64,000 nt of DNA, from the NCBI GenBank assembly GCA_036253495.1, contig GCA_036253495.1_4125.1; one strand, written 5' to 3'. The notes beneath the pieces are model-generated. The model worked only from the letters and a program-made list of their open reading frames with translations. It did no database searches and was not told where the DNA came from. Positions 15,857 to 26,179 of the stretch are shown one piece after another (position 1 is the stretch's first letter; every line of letters starts with the position of its first letter). Position numbers and translations under genes: made by a program. The stretch is from a phage.

Positions 15857-16372
15857 ATGAATGAAATTGAATTATTAACGCACAAGATTAGTACAATAAT
15901 GCTTATGCTCAAAAATAATCATCCTATACATAAGTACATTGATATAGATGAATTACGCATAGAAGATAGGCATGGTAAATTATCGTTTATGTTTCACAAT
16001 GCAAATAATGCAGGGAATGTTAACGTTTGTATTGCAGCATTTACCCAAGCCAATCCAGTACAAACATCTCCTGTTGTATACGAAAATAAAGAAGGGTATT
16101 TGTGGGTAAACACAAACGATTATTTCTTTTATGATTTGAAACAAGATGATGAAGTAGAAGAACGAATTGATTTAATTGATATTAGTACAGATTGTAGTGC
16201 TGAATTATTTCAGAAATCGTTATTATATAGTCCTCGTCAAATGCATTATCTAAAGTTATTCAGTTCATTGTACGCGAATCCTTTAATTAAGGGTTTTAAA
16301 TTTTATATAAAAGTTCCTGACATTCAAGCAGTTTATGATATTTTGATGCAAGGATATAGTTATGAAGTATAG
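15857..16372 (+). CDS. FQxS-family protein
   Basis: track ORF; motif SAELFQKSLLYS. Confidence 0.7.
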   Translation: MNEIELLTHKISTIMLMLKNNHPIHKYIDIDELRIEDRHGKLSFMFHNANNAGNVNVCIAAFTQANPVQTSPVVYENKEGYLWVNTNDYFFYDLKQDDEVEERIDLIDISTDCSAELFQKSLLYSPRQMHYLKLFSSLYANPLIKGFKFYIKVPDIQAVYDILMQGYSYEV

Positions 16373-16670
16373 AATGCTCTATACAAAAGATATGATTTAT
16401 GTTGAATTAGAAGGCGATGAAGACGGTTGGAATTTGATTTATTCATGTAGTTCAGGTTGGTACATGGCACATTTAAATGATAACGAAGTCACAGATTATT
16501 TTGTAGATTTCAATACATTATCCGACGAAGAATTGTTTCAACAGCAATTAGTGATTGACACAGGTGGATATGATGTGTTATTATTAAAAAAGATACAGAA
16601 AGCTGTTATGAATTTTAATGCCCAGGTATCCGAATGGGAAAGGAAATATTATGACCTCGAAGTACAATAA
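16362..16670 (+). CDS. FQxS-family protein
   Basis: track ORF; motif SDEELFQQQLVID. Confidence 0.7.
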   Translation: MKYRMLYTKDMIYVELEGDEDGWNLIYSCSSGWYMAHLNDNEVTDYFVDFNTLSDEELFQQQLVIDTGGYDVLLLKKIQKAVMNFNAQVSEWERKYYDLEVQ

Positions 16671-17019
16671 TACATTTGATATCAATAAGTTAACAGAATG
16701 GTTTTATAATATTGAAATTGAAGCTATTCCGTATCATAAGTACGAACAAAGTGATTTGCGTAGTATAGATATTCGTGAGTTGTATGCATATTATCAGAGT
16801 GCATTAGAGATGCATAAGATATTTTTGAGTACAGAATACATGACACGTTGTAAGGATGCGTTTGATGAATTCAAGAAGAATGATAATTTAGTACAGAAAT
16901 ATGTAATAGCAAAGTACATGTACCTTCAGGGAATTACAAGTACAGTGGAATTCAATACAGTTCTTGCTTTAGTTGAGATTATTTTATTATGCAAAAATGT
17001 AAAGTGGAATTTAGTTTAG
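16651..17019 (+). CDS. hypothetical protein
   Basis: SD GGAAAGGAAA + ATG 16651 (track 16618). Confidence 0.55.
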   Translation: MTSKYNNTFDINKLTEWFYNIEIEAIPYHKYEQSDLRSIDIRELYAYYQSALEMHKIFLSTEYMTRCKDAFDEFKKNDNLVQKYVIAKYMYLQGITSTVEFNTVLALVEIILLCKNVKWNLV

Positions 17020-17486
17020 AGAGTGCTGTACAGTACGTTAAGTACATTGAAGGTGTATACAATATAATGAAAGCATATGAAGGAAAAGGATATGCTTCAA
17101 TAAATCACAAATATGATTATATTAACAATCAGTTAGAAGAATCAAATTCAGGTAAAGTGCTTTTTAGTTTTTTATATTTTGCTCCTGACAATGTATATCC
17201 TGATGAAAATGATCTTCGTCTGGAAAGAGATGACCTTTGGTATATGTATCCAGGACGTGATAAGCCAATGGATGATGCTTTGTTGGAAATCAAATACAGT
17301 ACAGAACCTTTGACACCGGAGTTGTGGTTCCAGTACAGTACAATACATGAAGAAATTGATATCTTTTTCTACGCAATATATAAGATGCTTTATGAGAATG
17401 GTGTGCTTAAGAATCATGTATATTTTTATTTCCAGCAAATGAAAAATGTATATGAGTCCTTTTACCCAACCGAGCCTGTATCGTAA
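16989..17486 (+). CDS. FQxS-family protein
   Basis: track ORF; motif PELWFQYSTIHE. Confidence 0.7.
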   Translation: MQKCKVEFSLESAVQYVKYIEGVYNIMKAYEGKGYASINHKYDYINNQLEESNSGKVLFSFLYFAPDNVYPDENDLRLERDDLWYMYPGRDKPMDDALLEIKYSTEPLTPELWFQYSTIHEEIDIFFYAIYKMLYENGVLKNHVYFYFQQMKNVYESFYPTEPVS

Positions 17487-17512
17487 GATATGGGCTTTTT
17501 TACGTTTTGGTA

Positions 17513-17541
17513 TTGACACAGTACAGAATCGGTGCTAACAT
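17513..17541 (+). promoter_or_regulatory. sigma70-like promoter
   Basis: TTGACA 17513-17518, 17-nt spacer, TAACAT 17536-17541. Confidence 0.45.
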
Positions 17542-17568
17542 ACCTGAACCATTTTTAAGGAGAACCCA

Positions 17569-18111
17569 ATGCAAACATCGCAAAAATCGCAAAAATCGCA
17601 AGTACAGAAAGCAATGACATTCAATGAAATTGGTGCATTTAAAGATAAGATTATTGATTGTATTGAATACGCGATTTGTAGTAATATCAAAAGTATAGAG
17701 GTATTTAACAAGTCAAATCGCTCTTACCATATGATGTACATTGCAAACAATAATGGTATCATTCCATTTGTTTCGGATAGTACAATATGGTTCGCTTGCG
17801 ATGTGAAAAAATACACAATAGGTTCATATGTCTTCGGTAAACATGGTGATCTAATTATTCCTGAGCATTGTATGCAAGAAGAAGAATATTTTCAAAAGCA
17901 ATGTGTACATGAACCATTAGAGATGGTTGCTTTATATATGATACCTTATATCTCTAAATGTGTTCATGAGAATAAAGCTCCGTGGAATCATGAATTTGTA
18001 TCGTTGAAGTTATTGTATAATGTTTTAGTACAATATTATGATTACAGACACGAGGGTACAATCAGCGATGTATGGGATTTCGAAAATTTAAGGGTAAAAA
18101 CATATGAATAA
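17569..18111 (+). CDS. FQxS-family protein
   Basis: track ORF; SD AAGGAGAA; motif EEEYFQKQCVHE. Confidence 0.7.
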   Translation: MQTSQKSQKSQVQKAMTFNEIGAFKDKIIDCIEYAICSNIKSIEVFNKSNRSYHMMYIANNNGIIPFVSDSTIWFACDVKKYTIGSYVFGKHGDLIIPEHCMQEEEYFQKQCVHEPLEMVALYMIPYISKCVHENKAPWNHEFVSLKLLYNVLVQYYDYRHEGTISDVWDFENLRVKTYE

Positions 18112-18742
18112 TTTTCCAAGAAATGCTTCACCGTATGAGGTGATGAAGTTCATGGAGCCTCATGTTCCTTATATGTTTGAAATGCTAAAGAAGTTCAATG
18201 CTATTTTCCCTGAGAATTCAAAATTGGAGATTCCATTTGATTCCGCATCCAGATACAGTGCATCCTGTGGTAAATTAGTTTTAGTTATCGGTAGTGACAG
18301 AATTGGTTTCAGGGAAGTATTTGACACGTCATTAGCATTTGGTATATTCGATAACAACAATAACATCACATACATTGACAAGTACATTTGCGACATAGCA
18401 GGTTCATCTAAGCCGGATTCCTTTGTGGATTCAGTTGCAGATTATGGTGTTTCAAAAGATGGTAATGTAATAAGTACAAAGACGTTCATATCATTATCGT
18501 TAGACGATGACATATGTTACATTGCAGGTCAAGAGTACGAGGGTGTAGAGGAAGTGCTTTTTCAAATGTCCTTAGTACAGAAGGATATGGTGGACCCTAC
18601 CGAAATCCTGAAGTTGTGCAAATATGCAAATGAGTACAAGAAATTGATTGAACCTGGGTTTAGTTTCAGTGCACAGAGTCCGCATTTTCAGATAAAAGTA
18701 TATGAAGATTTCATTTTGAAGTTAAAAGAGATTGTGTTATAA
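18104..18742 (+). CDS. FQxS-family protein
   Basis: track ORF; motif EEVLFQMSLVQK. Confidence 0.7.
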   Translation: MNNFPRNASPYEVMKFMEPHVPYMFEMLKKFNAIFPENSKLEIPFDSASRYSASCGKLVLVIGSDRIGFREVFDTSLAFGIFDNNNNITYIDKYICDIAGSSKPDSFVDSVADYGVSKDGNVISTKTFISLSLDDDICYIAGQEYEGVEEVLFQMSLVQKDMVDPTEILKLCKYANEYKKLIEPGFSFSAQSPHFQIKVYEDFILKLKEIVL

Positions 18743-18794
18743 TACGCAATAACATGCAATAACACACAATACAACAAAGACGGGAGTGATTTAG

Positions 18795-19331
18795 ATGATC
18801 CAGCACAAACATTTTGAGTACGAGTTCGCTGACAATTTAGTAAAAATCGTACAGGCGTTTGAGGCTGGGGATTTTGACCACATCTATCCTAAGCACAAGG
18901 AAGGATGGCTTGAGCCTAAGAGCGATATTGAAAAGTATCCATCTATTGTGTATTACAGGAGAGATACGGTAATGCACGCTGTAGGTGAGAAGATGCAGTT
19001 AGAGTATTGTCTTTTGTTCAATGCTATTACATCGGCTACATCAGCATCTGAAGAGTTCGCTCCAGTGAATTGGATTCGTTATTTGGATATGAGCAAGAGA
19101 GAGGAAGAAACCTTTTTTGCTTTAACAAAGCACGTTGATATTGCAACCTTGAATCCTAACATCCTGAGTCCTGAAGAATATTTTCAGGAGTCCTTAGTAC
19201 AAGATCCTTATGTTTTACAGGTGCAGCAAGTATATAATGTATTACGTGCTAATGTGAAAACGAATTTCTTTTTAGCTTTAACGTGGTACGATAGGTTAGT
19301 AAAAGATCTCAAAGAGATTAAGGGGGAGTAA
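18795..19331 (+). CDS. FQxS-family protein
   Basis: track ORF; SD GGGAGTGA; motif PEEYFQESLVQD. Confidence 0.7.
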   Translation: MIQHKHFEYEFADNLVKIVQAFEAGDFDHIYPKHKEGWLEPKSDIEKYPSIVYYRRDTVMHAVGEKMQLEYCLLFNAITSATSASEEFAPVNWIRYLDMSKREEETFFALTKHVDIATLNPNILSPEEYFQESLVQDPYVLQVQQVYNVLRANVKTNFFLALTWYDRLVKDLKEIKGE

Positions 19332-19897
19332 TGCTGGACCTTCAGGACATAGAAAGTACATGCAAAGCGATAGAAGATGATTTAGAATACATCAAGGGGT
19401 TGTATTTAATTGTAGATAGGATTTACAAAAATCCGAATGCGTTTCAGGAAACGTACCAGCATGATAAATTTCGTCACGAACCAATCATTACGCTTATGTC
19501 GGATTTATCGATTTACGAAAGAAAATCCAACAAATCACATAGTGTATTATTTGTGAGTACAGATAGATTTTACAGTACAACATCAATTTGTTCAGATGTA
19601 TCATGTGCATGGTTCAGTTCAAATGAATATATAACAGTTAAAAATAATGGCGAAAATGAGAAATTAAAAGTAAGTGAGCTTATTGATTTGATGCCATATA
19701 GTCCTGATGTTGTGTTTCAGTACAGTACATTGCACGATTATAATTCAATACGATATCGTTATTTTGTTAAGCATTATTATGATACCTTCGGGGAGTTGAC
19801 GGAGAAGTTAACGTTGAGATTTGACCGTGATATCGATCTCGTTGCAATGCTTCAGTACATACAGTACGTGTTTGATAAGGACGCGGAAAAGGGGTAA
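19331..19897 (+). CDS. FQxS-family protein
   Basis: track ORF; motif PDVVFQYSTLHD. Confidence 0.7.
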   Translation: MLDLQDIESTCKAIEDDLEYIKGLYLIVDRIYKNPNAFQETYQHDKFRHEPIITLMSDLSIYERKSNKSHSVLFVSTDRFYSTTSICSDVSCAWFSSNEYITVKNNGENEKLKVSELIDLMPYSPDVVFQYSTLHDYNSIRYRYFVKHYYDTFGELTEKLTLRFDRDIDLVAMLQYIQYVFDKDAEKG

Positions 19898-20097
19898 TTT
19901 TAAAATGATAAATATAGGCTTGTTTTTGGGGGTCAAAAAAATTTTCGCTGAAAAACATGTTAAGGTATATGTTTAATATAAAATTTTATATTGTGTTTTT
20001 CAGAGTACAGTTCATGTTTCCTTAAACAAAAAATACCCCGCCGCCGAACGTGCTCCTTATATTGTAGTTTACCTTATTAATTATAGTAGAGGTTATT

Positions 20098-20454
20098 ATG
20101 AGCAATGATTTTGCTATTCACAGTTTTTTCTACAAAAAGGTTGAGTTCTATTGTAATCTCGTTAAGGGTGATACCAATCATTCGTTGGACCAATATATTA
20201 AGTACACCTCAAATGGATTTTCTTTTATTGATTACGGTCGAGTGGGTGGTGGTGTTAATGAACCTCTACTGGACTATACAGAAATGGATGAGGCTACACT
20301 ATTTCAGGAATCATTAGTGTTCGATAAGAAATATATTTGTACACTAGATGAAGTTATTGGTATTCAGAATATCATGAAAGAACACTCTGCGAAGTGCATG
20401 ATAGAATTAACTCAAGATAAGCACAAGACTGTTCAGTACCATTTCAATCTTTAG
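20098..20454 (+). CDS. FQxS-family protein
   Basis: track ORF; SD AGAGGT; motif EATLFQESLVFD. Confidence 0.7.
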   Translation: MSNDFAIHSFFYKKVEFYCNLVKGDTNHSLDQYIKYTSNGFSFIDYGRVGGGVNEPLLDYTEMDEATLFQESLVFDKKYICTLDEVIGIQNIMKEHSAKCMIELTQDKHKTVQYHFNL

Positions 20455-20465
20455 GGGTCTTAACT

Positions 20466-20810
20466 ATGACATACAATGAATACCGTGAAATAGATCTTCT
20501 CCAGAATACATTATATGAAATTGAAGATTTAATGCACGGATGGACAAGTCTTTCTTTCTTTAATGAAATGTTCGAAGAAATAAAAGTAGTACTACAGAAA
20601 AAACATAATGGTACTAAAATTAAAATAAAGACTTTCACTGGAGAAGTCTGGTGCGGAGAAATTGTGAAATACATTATAACTCGCAATAACGCATCATTCT
20701 GTTTGAATACTGGTCATTACAGAAATCATTTCAACAATAGCAGTACTCAAATTATTTCCGAGGAAGAATACAATGAGCACTGTAATAAACTTCTTAAGAG
20801 TAGATTCTAA
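20466..20810 (+). CDS. hypothetical protein
   Basis: track ORF 114 aa; no family motif. Confidence 0.55.
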   Translation: MTYNEYREIDLLQNTLYEIEDLMHGWTSLSFFNEMFEEIKVVLQKKHNGTKIKIKTFTGEVWCGEIVKYIITRNNASFCLNTGHYRNHFNNSSTQIISEEEYNEHCNKLLKSRF

Positions 20811-21136
20811 TGAATACTAAAATATATGTTTCTTCAAGTACAATGGGAAGTGGTTTTACTTATACGTGCTTTTTTACTACATTGAATAAAACACCTATAT
20901 TGATTATTCGTGATTTCAATGAATGTAATATAGAGTACGTATCCAAAACAGATAAGCTTCCTAATTACATCGAATGCGAATACATGGAGAACTATGAAAG
21001 TTTTATATTTCAGGAATCATTAGTATGGGATAAAGAAATCGATTTCTTTATGTACCTTGCATTACAAAAGTACTACAGAGATAACAAGGACCAAATAGTT
21101 CGTTCTTGCATTTATTCTATTAATCTGGAGTACTGA
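20810..21136 (+). CDS. FQxS-family protein
   Basis: track ORF; motif ESFIFQESLVWD. Confidence 0.7.
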   Translation: MNTKIYVSSSTMGSGFTYTCFFTTLNKTPILIIRDFNECNIEYVSKTDKLPNYIECEYMENYESFIFQESLVWDKEIDFFMYLALQKYYRDNKDQIVRSCIYSINLEY

Positions 21137-21306
21137 TGCTTAAAAAAGAACAAATGGAATCATTAATGAATGCAGTTATTCGTCGTTTTGTTAAAGACAT
21201 TAGTCATAAAAACTGTATTACAAATGACAGGTACGGTATAGAATTGTATATAGCTAATATTCACATGGCGTACAGAGAATATATTAAGACACGTCACAGG
21301 GGTTGA
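21136..21306 (+). CDS. hypothetical small protein (56 aa)
   Basis: ATG 21136..TGA 21306 read by eye; fills gap between coupled genes. Confidence 0.35.
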   Translation: MLKKEQMESLMNAVIRRFVKDISHKNCITNDRYGIELYIANIHMAYREYIKTRHRG

Positions 21307-21307
21307 A

Positions 21308-21790
21308 ATGAGTTTAGAAAGTGCATTGAAAGAAGCAAAGAAGATTCATGAGTACATGAATATGGCAAAAGAAGGTTCAGTTTACGGTATTTTCAAAGAC
21401 ACAAGTACTCAATATTATGTCTCTGATAACCTCATTGATAATGACTTCCCAGATACAGAAACGTGCGTACTAGATACCGACCCTAATGATTATGAATGTT
21501 TCATTGATATGCATAATGAGTACATGGTCTATGTTAATGATGGAGATATTACCATCTACAGTACTGTCCACGATACCGATGACATTATAATTCCGTGTGC
21601 AGTACTGGAAGGTCCGTGGGATAGTGAAGAGTATTACTTCCAACAAAGTACTGTATACAATGAAGAAGAACTTGATTGTATTGTAATTATGTGGTACTTT
21701 AAAAGTATTGGTTCTGAGAACTTCTATTTCGATTACAGATACGTAAAGAAAACTGTAGATAACGGTATTAATAAACTTCACAGGGGTTGA
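21308..21790 (+). CDS. FQxS-family protein (MSLESALKEAKK subgroup)
   Basis: track ORF; motif SEEYYFQQSTVYN; close paralog of 21792 and 22235. Confidence 0.75.
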   Translation: MSLESALKEAKKIHEYMNMAKEGSVYGIFKDTSTQYYVSDNLIDNDFPDTETCVLDTDPNDYECFIDMHNEYMVYVNDGDITIYSTVHDTDDIIIPCAVLEGPWDSEEYYFQQSTVYNEEELDCIVIMWYFKSIGSENFYFDYRYVKKTVDNGINKLHRG

Positions 21791-21791
21791 A

Positions 21792-22235
21792 ATGAGTTTA
21801 GAAAGAGCACTAGAACTAGCCAACAAAATACATCACTTCCACGATAACATAAAAAGTGGGTTCTATGGTGATAAAGTAAGTGCATTTGGTAATGAGTATT
21901 ATCTATCAGGTATAAAGACATACTCTGCTGATATTTTACTTATGGGTCATGATAAAGACAATACTATACAGTACTCTTCATGTAGTCAATATACTAGTTT
22001 TATGGTATATATTCCAGGTACTAAGATTACTTTTGACACAACAAATACACCTGTTGACTTCGGGGTACTTGATGGCCCGTGGGGTACTGAAGAGTATTAC
22101 TTCCAACAGAGTCTCATTTTTAACCAAGAAATGCTTGATTCCTTGGTTGTGTTGTGGTACTTTAAGGAATTGAATTTTGAACCATTCTTTCTTGACTGGG
22201 GAGCATGTGAATATTTAAGTACAGGGGATTTGTAA
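21792..22235 (+). CDS. FQxS-family protein (MSLESALKEAKK subgroup)
   Basis: track ORF; motif TEEYYFQQSLIFN. Confidence 0.75.
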   Translation: MSLERALELANKIHHFHDNIKSGFYGDKVSAFGNEYYLSGIKTYSADILLMGHDKDNTIQYSSCSQYTSFMVYIPGTKITFDTTNTPVDFGVLDGPWGTEEYYFQQSLIFNQEMLDSLVVLWYFKELNFEPFFLDWGACEYLSTGDL

Positions 22236-22690
22236 TGTCGTTACAAAGTGCATTGAAAGAAGCAAAGAAGATTCATGAGTACATGATTAAGGTCAAAGGT
22301 GGAGAAATTCCAGGTATCTTCAAAATGTCAGAGACAGAATATTGCACGAAGAATATTGAGGATTTTGATGGTTCTGATACATTAGTACTGCAATGTGATG
22401 ATTATGATCATGATAATTGTGGTTATAACCCTTTGTACTACTTTATCAATTACTACCCAGGGTCAGATATAACCGTATACAACCCTGATTATTATGGTAA
22501 AGATTTGACAATTCCGTTTTCAGTACTGGATGGTCCGTGGGATAGTGAAGAGTATTACTTTCAGCAAAGTACTGTATATACTGAACATGAACTCGATACT
22601 CTGGTCATTATGTGGTACTTTAAAAGTATAGATTCAACATGTTTCTATATGGATTATGAATACATAGAGACACAGAAATATAAGAGGTAA
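22235..22690 (+). CDS. FQxS-family protein (MSLESALKEAKK subgroup)
   Basis: track ORF; motif SEEYYFQQSTVYT. Confidence 0.75.
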   Translation: MSLQSALKEAKKIHEYMIKVKGGEIPGIFKMSETEYCTKNIEDFDGSDTLVLQCDDYDHDNCGYNPLYYFINYYPGSDITVYNPDYYGKDLTIPFSVLDGPWDSEEYYFQQSTVYTEHELDTLVIMWYFKSIDSTCFYMDYEYIETQKYKR

Positions 22691-22695
22691 TTGTA

Positions 22696-23142
22696 ATGTT
22701 TTTTTATTATTATGAAGTAAATGATAAGTTGGTTCAGGATATTGTACAAATAATCAAGTACTTCAATGATAATCCTAACGTATTGGGTAGTGAGCTTGAA
22801 TACGAGAAAGGTGGGTGTGTATATTTTACTTTCTGTGGTGGGTGCTCGGAAGAGCAATCATTTTTCAATTCTTATTCAAATTACATCTCCTATAATGCAC
22901 TTGCAGACGAGTTGATTGTGGTACGTGACAGTAGTGATGACCGTACAGTGTATACCAGAGAGACAATACAAAGTGTAGGTAATGAAGAAGGATACTTTCA
23001 ATTGAGTACAGTACTTAATCATGAAGAACTACATGTATTACGTTTGTTTTATCTTATTAGTACTATGAACTTGAAGCACGATCAGGTATACATTGATTTA
23101 GATTACTTTGAGTACTTACGTAAGATTAGTTCTAAAAAATAA
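22696..23142 (+). CDS. FQxS-family protein
   Basis: track ORF; motif EEGYFQLSTVLN. Confidence 0.7.
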   Translation: MFFYYYEVNDKLVQDIVQIIKYFNDNPNVLGSELEYEKGGCVYFTFCGGCSEEQSFFNSYSNYISYNALADELIVVRDSSDDRTVYTRETIQSVGNEEGYFQLSTVLNHEELHVLRLFYLISTMNLKHDQVYIDLDYFEYLRKISSKK

Positions 23143-23152
23143 GTTCATGCTA

Positions 23153-23180
23153 TTGACAAGAGCCTGTACTGTGTTACAAT
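23153..23180 (+). promoter_or_regulatory. sigma70-like promoter
   Basis: TTGACA 23153-23158, 16-nt spacer, TACAAT 23175-23180. Confidence 0.5.
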
Positions 23181-23214
23181 GCACAGTAATATTAATTCAA
23201 AAGGTGCACATTAA

Positions 23215-23748
23215 ATGATTATTGATGCTTACAATGCTGAGGAAATGCAGGAATTATCTCGTAAAATCAACATTATAGTTCCTTTGCTTAAGGATTGCAG
23301 TACTGGTTTGATTCCATCACGAGACATTATTAAAGAAGGATACTACCTACAGGCAGTCTATAAGGGTGGTACATTTCATCGTTGTCGTGTATTACGTGAT
23401 GGCCTTCCTGCACTTACACTCATTGGTATTGGTATTGCCTTATGCGGTACGAACCGTTTGTACTTGAATGAAAAAAATCAAATCATGAATTTGTTTTATA
23501 CAGGAAAAAGTACTGAATTATATTTTGGTATTCAGAACTGGTGGGATACAGTAAAGAGTAGTACTATTGAAATCCCAAAATACAATTACAACGCATTTGA
23601 AGAGCAGATGTTTCAATTGTCATGTACAGATGACATGTACATGATTCTACGTCTATATATGGAGATGCAAATGAACTTCAGAAGTAATTTATACATTGAT
23701 ACTTCAACATTTGAATTCGAAGATGTATTCGTTGATGGTATACTATGA
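23215..23748 (+). CDS. FQxS-family protein
   Basis: track ORF; motif EEQMFQLSCTDD. Confidence 0.7.
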   Translation: MIIDAYNAEEMQELSRKINIIVPLLKDCSTGLIPSRDIIKEGYYLQAVYKGGTFHRCRVLRDGLPALTLIGIGIALCGTNRLYLNEKNQIMNLFYTGKSTELYFGIQNWWDTVKSSTIEIPKYNYNAFEEQMFQLSCTDDMYMILRLYMEMQMNFRSNLYIDTSTFEFEDVFVDGIL

Positions 23749-23972
23749 AGTATATTCCAAAACACCAGTACTACAGGATGTGTTCTGACATTTACACAAA
23801 ATGGAATACATTTCATCCCCTTTTGAAGAAGAGGCGTCCATATCATGATTACAAGTTGAATCATTTTCTTGGAACTAATTATCAAGAGGTTGTGATGAAA
23901 GATTACATTTTTAACCTTCAGAAATTAATTCAGAATAAAGTTCAAGGAAAGGGGGAGTCACCGTGGGTATAA
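23745..23972 (+). CDS. GTNYQ-family small protein
   Basis: track ORF; FLGTNYQ; ATGA coupling. Confidence 0.7.
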   Translation: MKYIPKHQYYRMCSDIYTKWNTFHPLLKKRRPYHDYKLNHFLGTNYQEVVMKDYIFNLQKLIQNKVQGKGESPWV

Positions 23973-24169
23973 GACACAGAGACATGCAAGATATTCTTAA
24001 CCAATACAGTGCTCAAATGTTCACTGCAATCAGGTCTTCCAATCAAAATGACGTGTCGGAATTACAGTTACTGATGTACATAGGGACACAATACCAGGAG
24101 GCTTCAGTTGAGACGTATATTAAGTACCTATTGGGTATTATAAGGATGAAAAATGGACAATACTTTTGA
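23963..24169 (+). CDS. GTNYQ-family small protein
   Basis: track ORF; YIGTQYQ. Confidence 0.7.
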   Translation: MGIRHRDMQDILNQYSAQMFTAIRSSNQNDVSELQLLMYIGTQYQEASVETYIKYLLGIIRMKNGQYF

Positions 24170-24389
24170 ACAAGCACCAGCATCGGATTTTAGTTATGGG
24201 TTTATTATAGATATATTTTCTGGTACTGAAGAATCGGATATACCTCTCTATATCTTTGCTAATATGCGTTATATTTTTCGTATTGCAGAGGACAGTGACA
24301 AATCTGATATGTCTTTTATGATTAAAAAAATTATATACCTATCGTGCTATGAATATATGAATAAAATGAGCGAACACTATGACCTATGA
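24153..24389 (+). CDS. hypothetical protein
   Basis: track ORF 78 aa. Confidence 0.5.
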   Translation: MDNTFEQAPASDFSYGFIIDIFSGTEESDIPLYIFANMRYIFRIAEDSDKSDMSFMIKKIIYLSCYEYMNKMSEHYDL

Positions 24390-24927
24390 TGAGATAATTT
24401 CTTTTGCAAATAAGTTAAGTACACTAACCAAATTGACGGAAGTAGTACTGCAAGATGAGCGTATACTTTCTAGGAGTGAGCTAATTGTTTCACAACACGA
24501 TTACATGACGTATATGTCTTTCAGATCGTCAGGCCGAACAATTATTAAGTTCGGTTCTGTTCCTGAAACAAATGGAAAATTATCTATGTGCACCCATAAC
24601 AATGGGGAATTGTATGGATTAGTGTACAGAAAAGATTCGACAGTACTGAATACTTTTAATGCAGGTGCGAGTGCAGTTGATGTTACATCATTAAGCGATG
24701 TTGACAAACACATAGATTTACCACACCTTGAAATTAATGAAGAAAGTGTTTTTCAGTTAAGTACAGTGTACAATGATATTGAAGTGTTTGGTATTTCTTT
24801 GTGGAATATCCTTCGTTTAAGGGATGATGCTCCTGTATTTGTATATGCAAATTATGAAGACATTGATACTTGTATTGATGAAATGGAGAAATACATTGAT
24901 CAATTTAAACAAAACTTCCACATTTGA
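24379..24927 (+). CDS. FQxS-family protein
   Basis: track ORF; motif NEESVFQLSTVYN. Confidence 0.7.
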   Translation: MTYDEIISFANKLSTLTKLTEVVLQDERILSRSELIVSQHDYMTYMSFRSSGRTIIKFGSVPETNGKLSMCTHNNGELYGLVYRKDSTVLNTFNAGASAVDVTSLSDVDKHIDLPHLEINEESVFQLSTVYNDIEVFGISLWNILRLRDDAPVFVYANYEDIDTCIDEMEKYIDQFKQNFHI

Positions 24928-25474
24928 TATTCACGAGAAAGCTAAGCTACTCATCAGTACTGCTGAATATTATTACGATACAGTACTGAGTCAATCACCT
25001 TCTACATTTCGTGATTTAGTTAAATCATTTAATAAAACACAAAAAGAATGTGAGCTTTCATATAATGGTGTGAACTTTATGTATATTAAACCATATATGT
25101 CAAAGCGTGATTTGATTAAATGCAATGATGATTTCAAGATTGATCGTGATTTAAATCGTTTCTTCTACGATGTAAGAAGCAATCTGTATCAACTTACATT
25201 AAATTCCAGTACTTCTTTCATTATTGGATTGGGTAAGAATTTAGGCACAGGTACTTCATTTTATAATAAAGGTGCAGTACAAGATGTGGATCTCAATCCA
25301 AGTACTGATGTTGCATTCCAACAGGATTTGATTATGAATGTGGATTCAGCATCAGTATACAGTTCTAATGTTCTGTGTAAGGAATTTCAGAATTCCAAAA
25401 TTCTTGAGTTATTGTACATTGCGGATTGCAATATACTGTACAAATTTTGTACTCATCTGAAGGAGATTTTATGA
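24896..25474 (+). CDS. FQxS-family protein (divergent)
   Basis: TTG 24896 after SD GGAGA (track 24824); motif TDVAFQQDLIMN. Confidence 0.55.
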   Translation: MINLNKTSTFDIHEKAKLLISTAEYYYDTVLSQSPSTFRDLVKSFNKTQKECELSYNGVNFMYIKPYMSKRDLIKCNDDFKIDRDLNRFFYDVRSNLYQLTLNSSTSFIIGLGKNLGTGTSFYNKGAVQDVDLNPSTDVAFQQDLIMNVDSASVYSSNVLCKEFQNSKILELLYIADCNILYKFCTHLKEIL

Positions 25475-25839
25475 AAAAAGAAATTAGAATCCAATTCGGT
25501 ATGAGGAAAAAAGAGGTCATTTGTACACTGAATCATGAGGTCGTGGAAAGGTTTGATGCATTACAAAAATTCTCCCATTTTGTTCTTGTACTATATGAAA
25601 ATGGGTCTTTTAAAATCTTCACATATGATGATTCAAAAAATTATCGTAATGATTTTGTAAATCTTACAGTACTGTCAGAAGAGGAATTCTTTCAGGAAAG
25701 TACAGTTTGGGATTTACCAGGAGCACCAATTGAATACGTCCGTGCTACACAGGTAGAGATGATCAAAGCAATGCAGAACTATCCAGAAGATCATATGACT
25801 AAGTTTCCTGAATCTATTCATGTAGAGGTTGAGTACTGA
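25471..25839 (+). CDS. FQxS-family protein
   Basis: SD AAGGAGA + ATG 25471 (ATGA with previous); motif SEEEFFQESTVWD. Confidence 0.7.
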   Translation: MKKEIRIQFGMRKKEVICTLNHEVVERFDALQKFSHFVLVLYENGSFKIFTYDDSKNYRNDFVNLTVLSEEEFFQESTVWDLPGAPIEYVRATQVEMIKAMQNYPEDHMTKFPESIHVEVEY

Positions 25840-26177
25840 TGGATTTAGTAAAAGTTACTATAGCCAAACATCAGTACTATGTAATGATTGAGTTAGGTTA
25901 TAACCACAAGAAAGAACATTTTTATTATCTTACATATGAAAAGAATATGTTCAAGATAATCACTAATAATTTAGCACGAGATGTATATCATATTTTTGAT
26001 TACAGTGATTATAGTGAAGAAGAGTTATTTCAGGAATCATTAGTATGGGAGTACAATAGAATTGTAGATATTGAAAAGTTAATTAAGTATCAACAACTAA
26101 TGAAAGATATAATGAATAACTATCCATGTAAACTACAAAGAGAACTGGAATTTATTGTCCAATACAAAGAGGTTTAA
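25839..26177 (+). CDS. FQxS-family protein
   Basis: track ORF; motif SEEELFQESLVWE. Confidence 0.7.
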   Translation: MDLVKVTIAKHQYYVMIELGYNHKKEHFYYLTYEKNMFKIITNNLARDVYHIFDYSDYSEEELFQESLVWEYNRIVDIEKLIKYQQLMKDIMNNYPCKLQRELEFIVQYKEV

Positions 26178-26179
26178 TT

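Noticed and set aside
19898-20097. T4-type late promoters (TATAAATA) in intergenic gaps
   Set aside because: Checked the few longer intergenic gaps by eye and found no exact TATAAATA in a convincing position; could not scan the window exhaustively.
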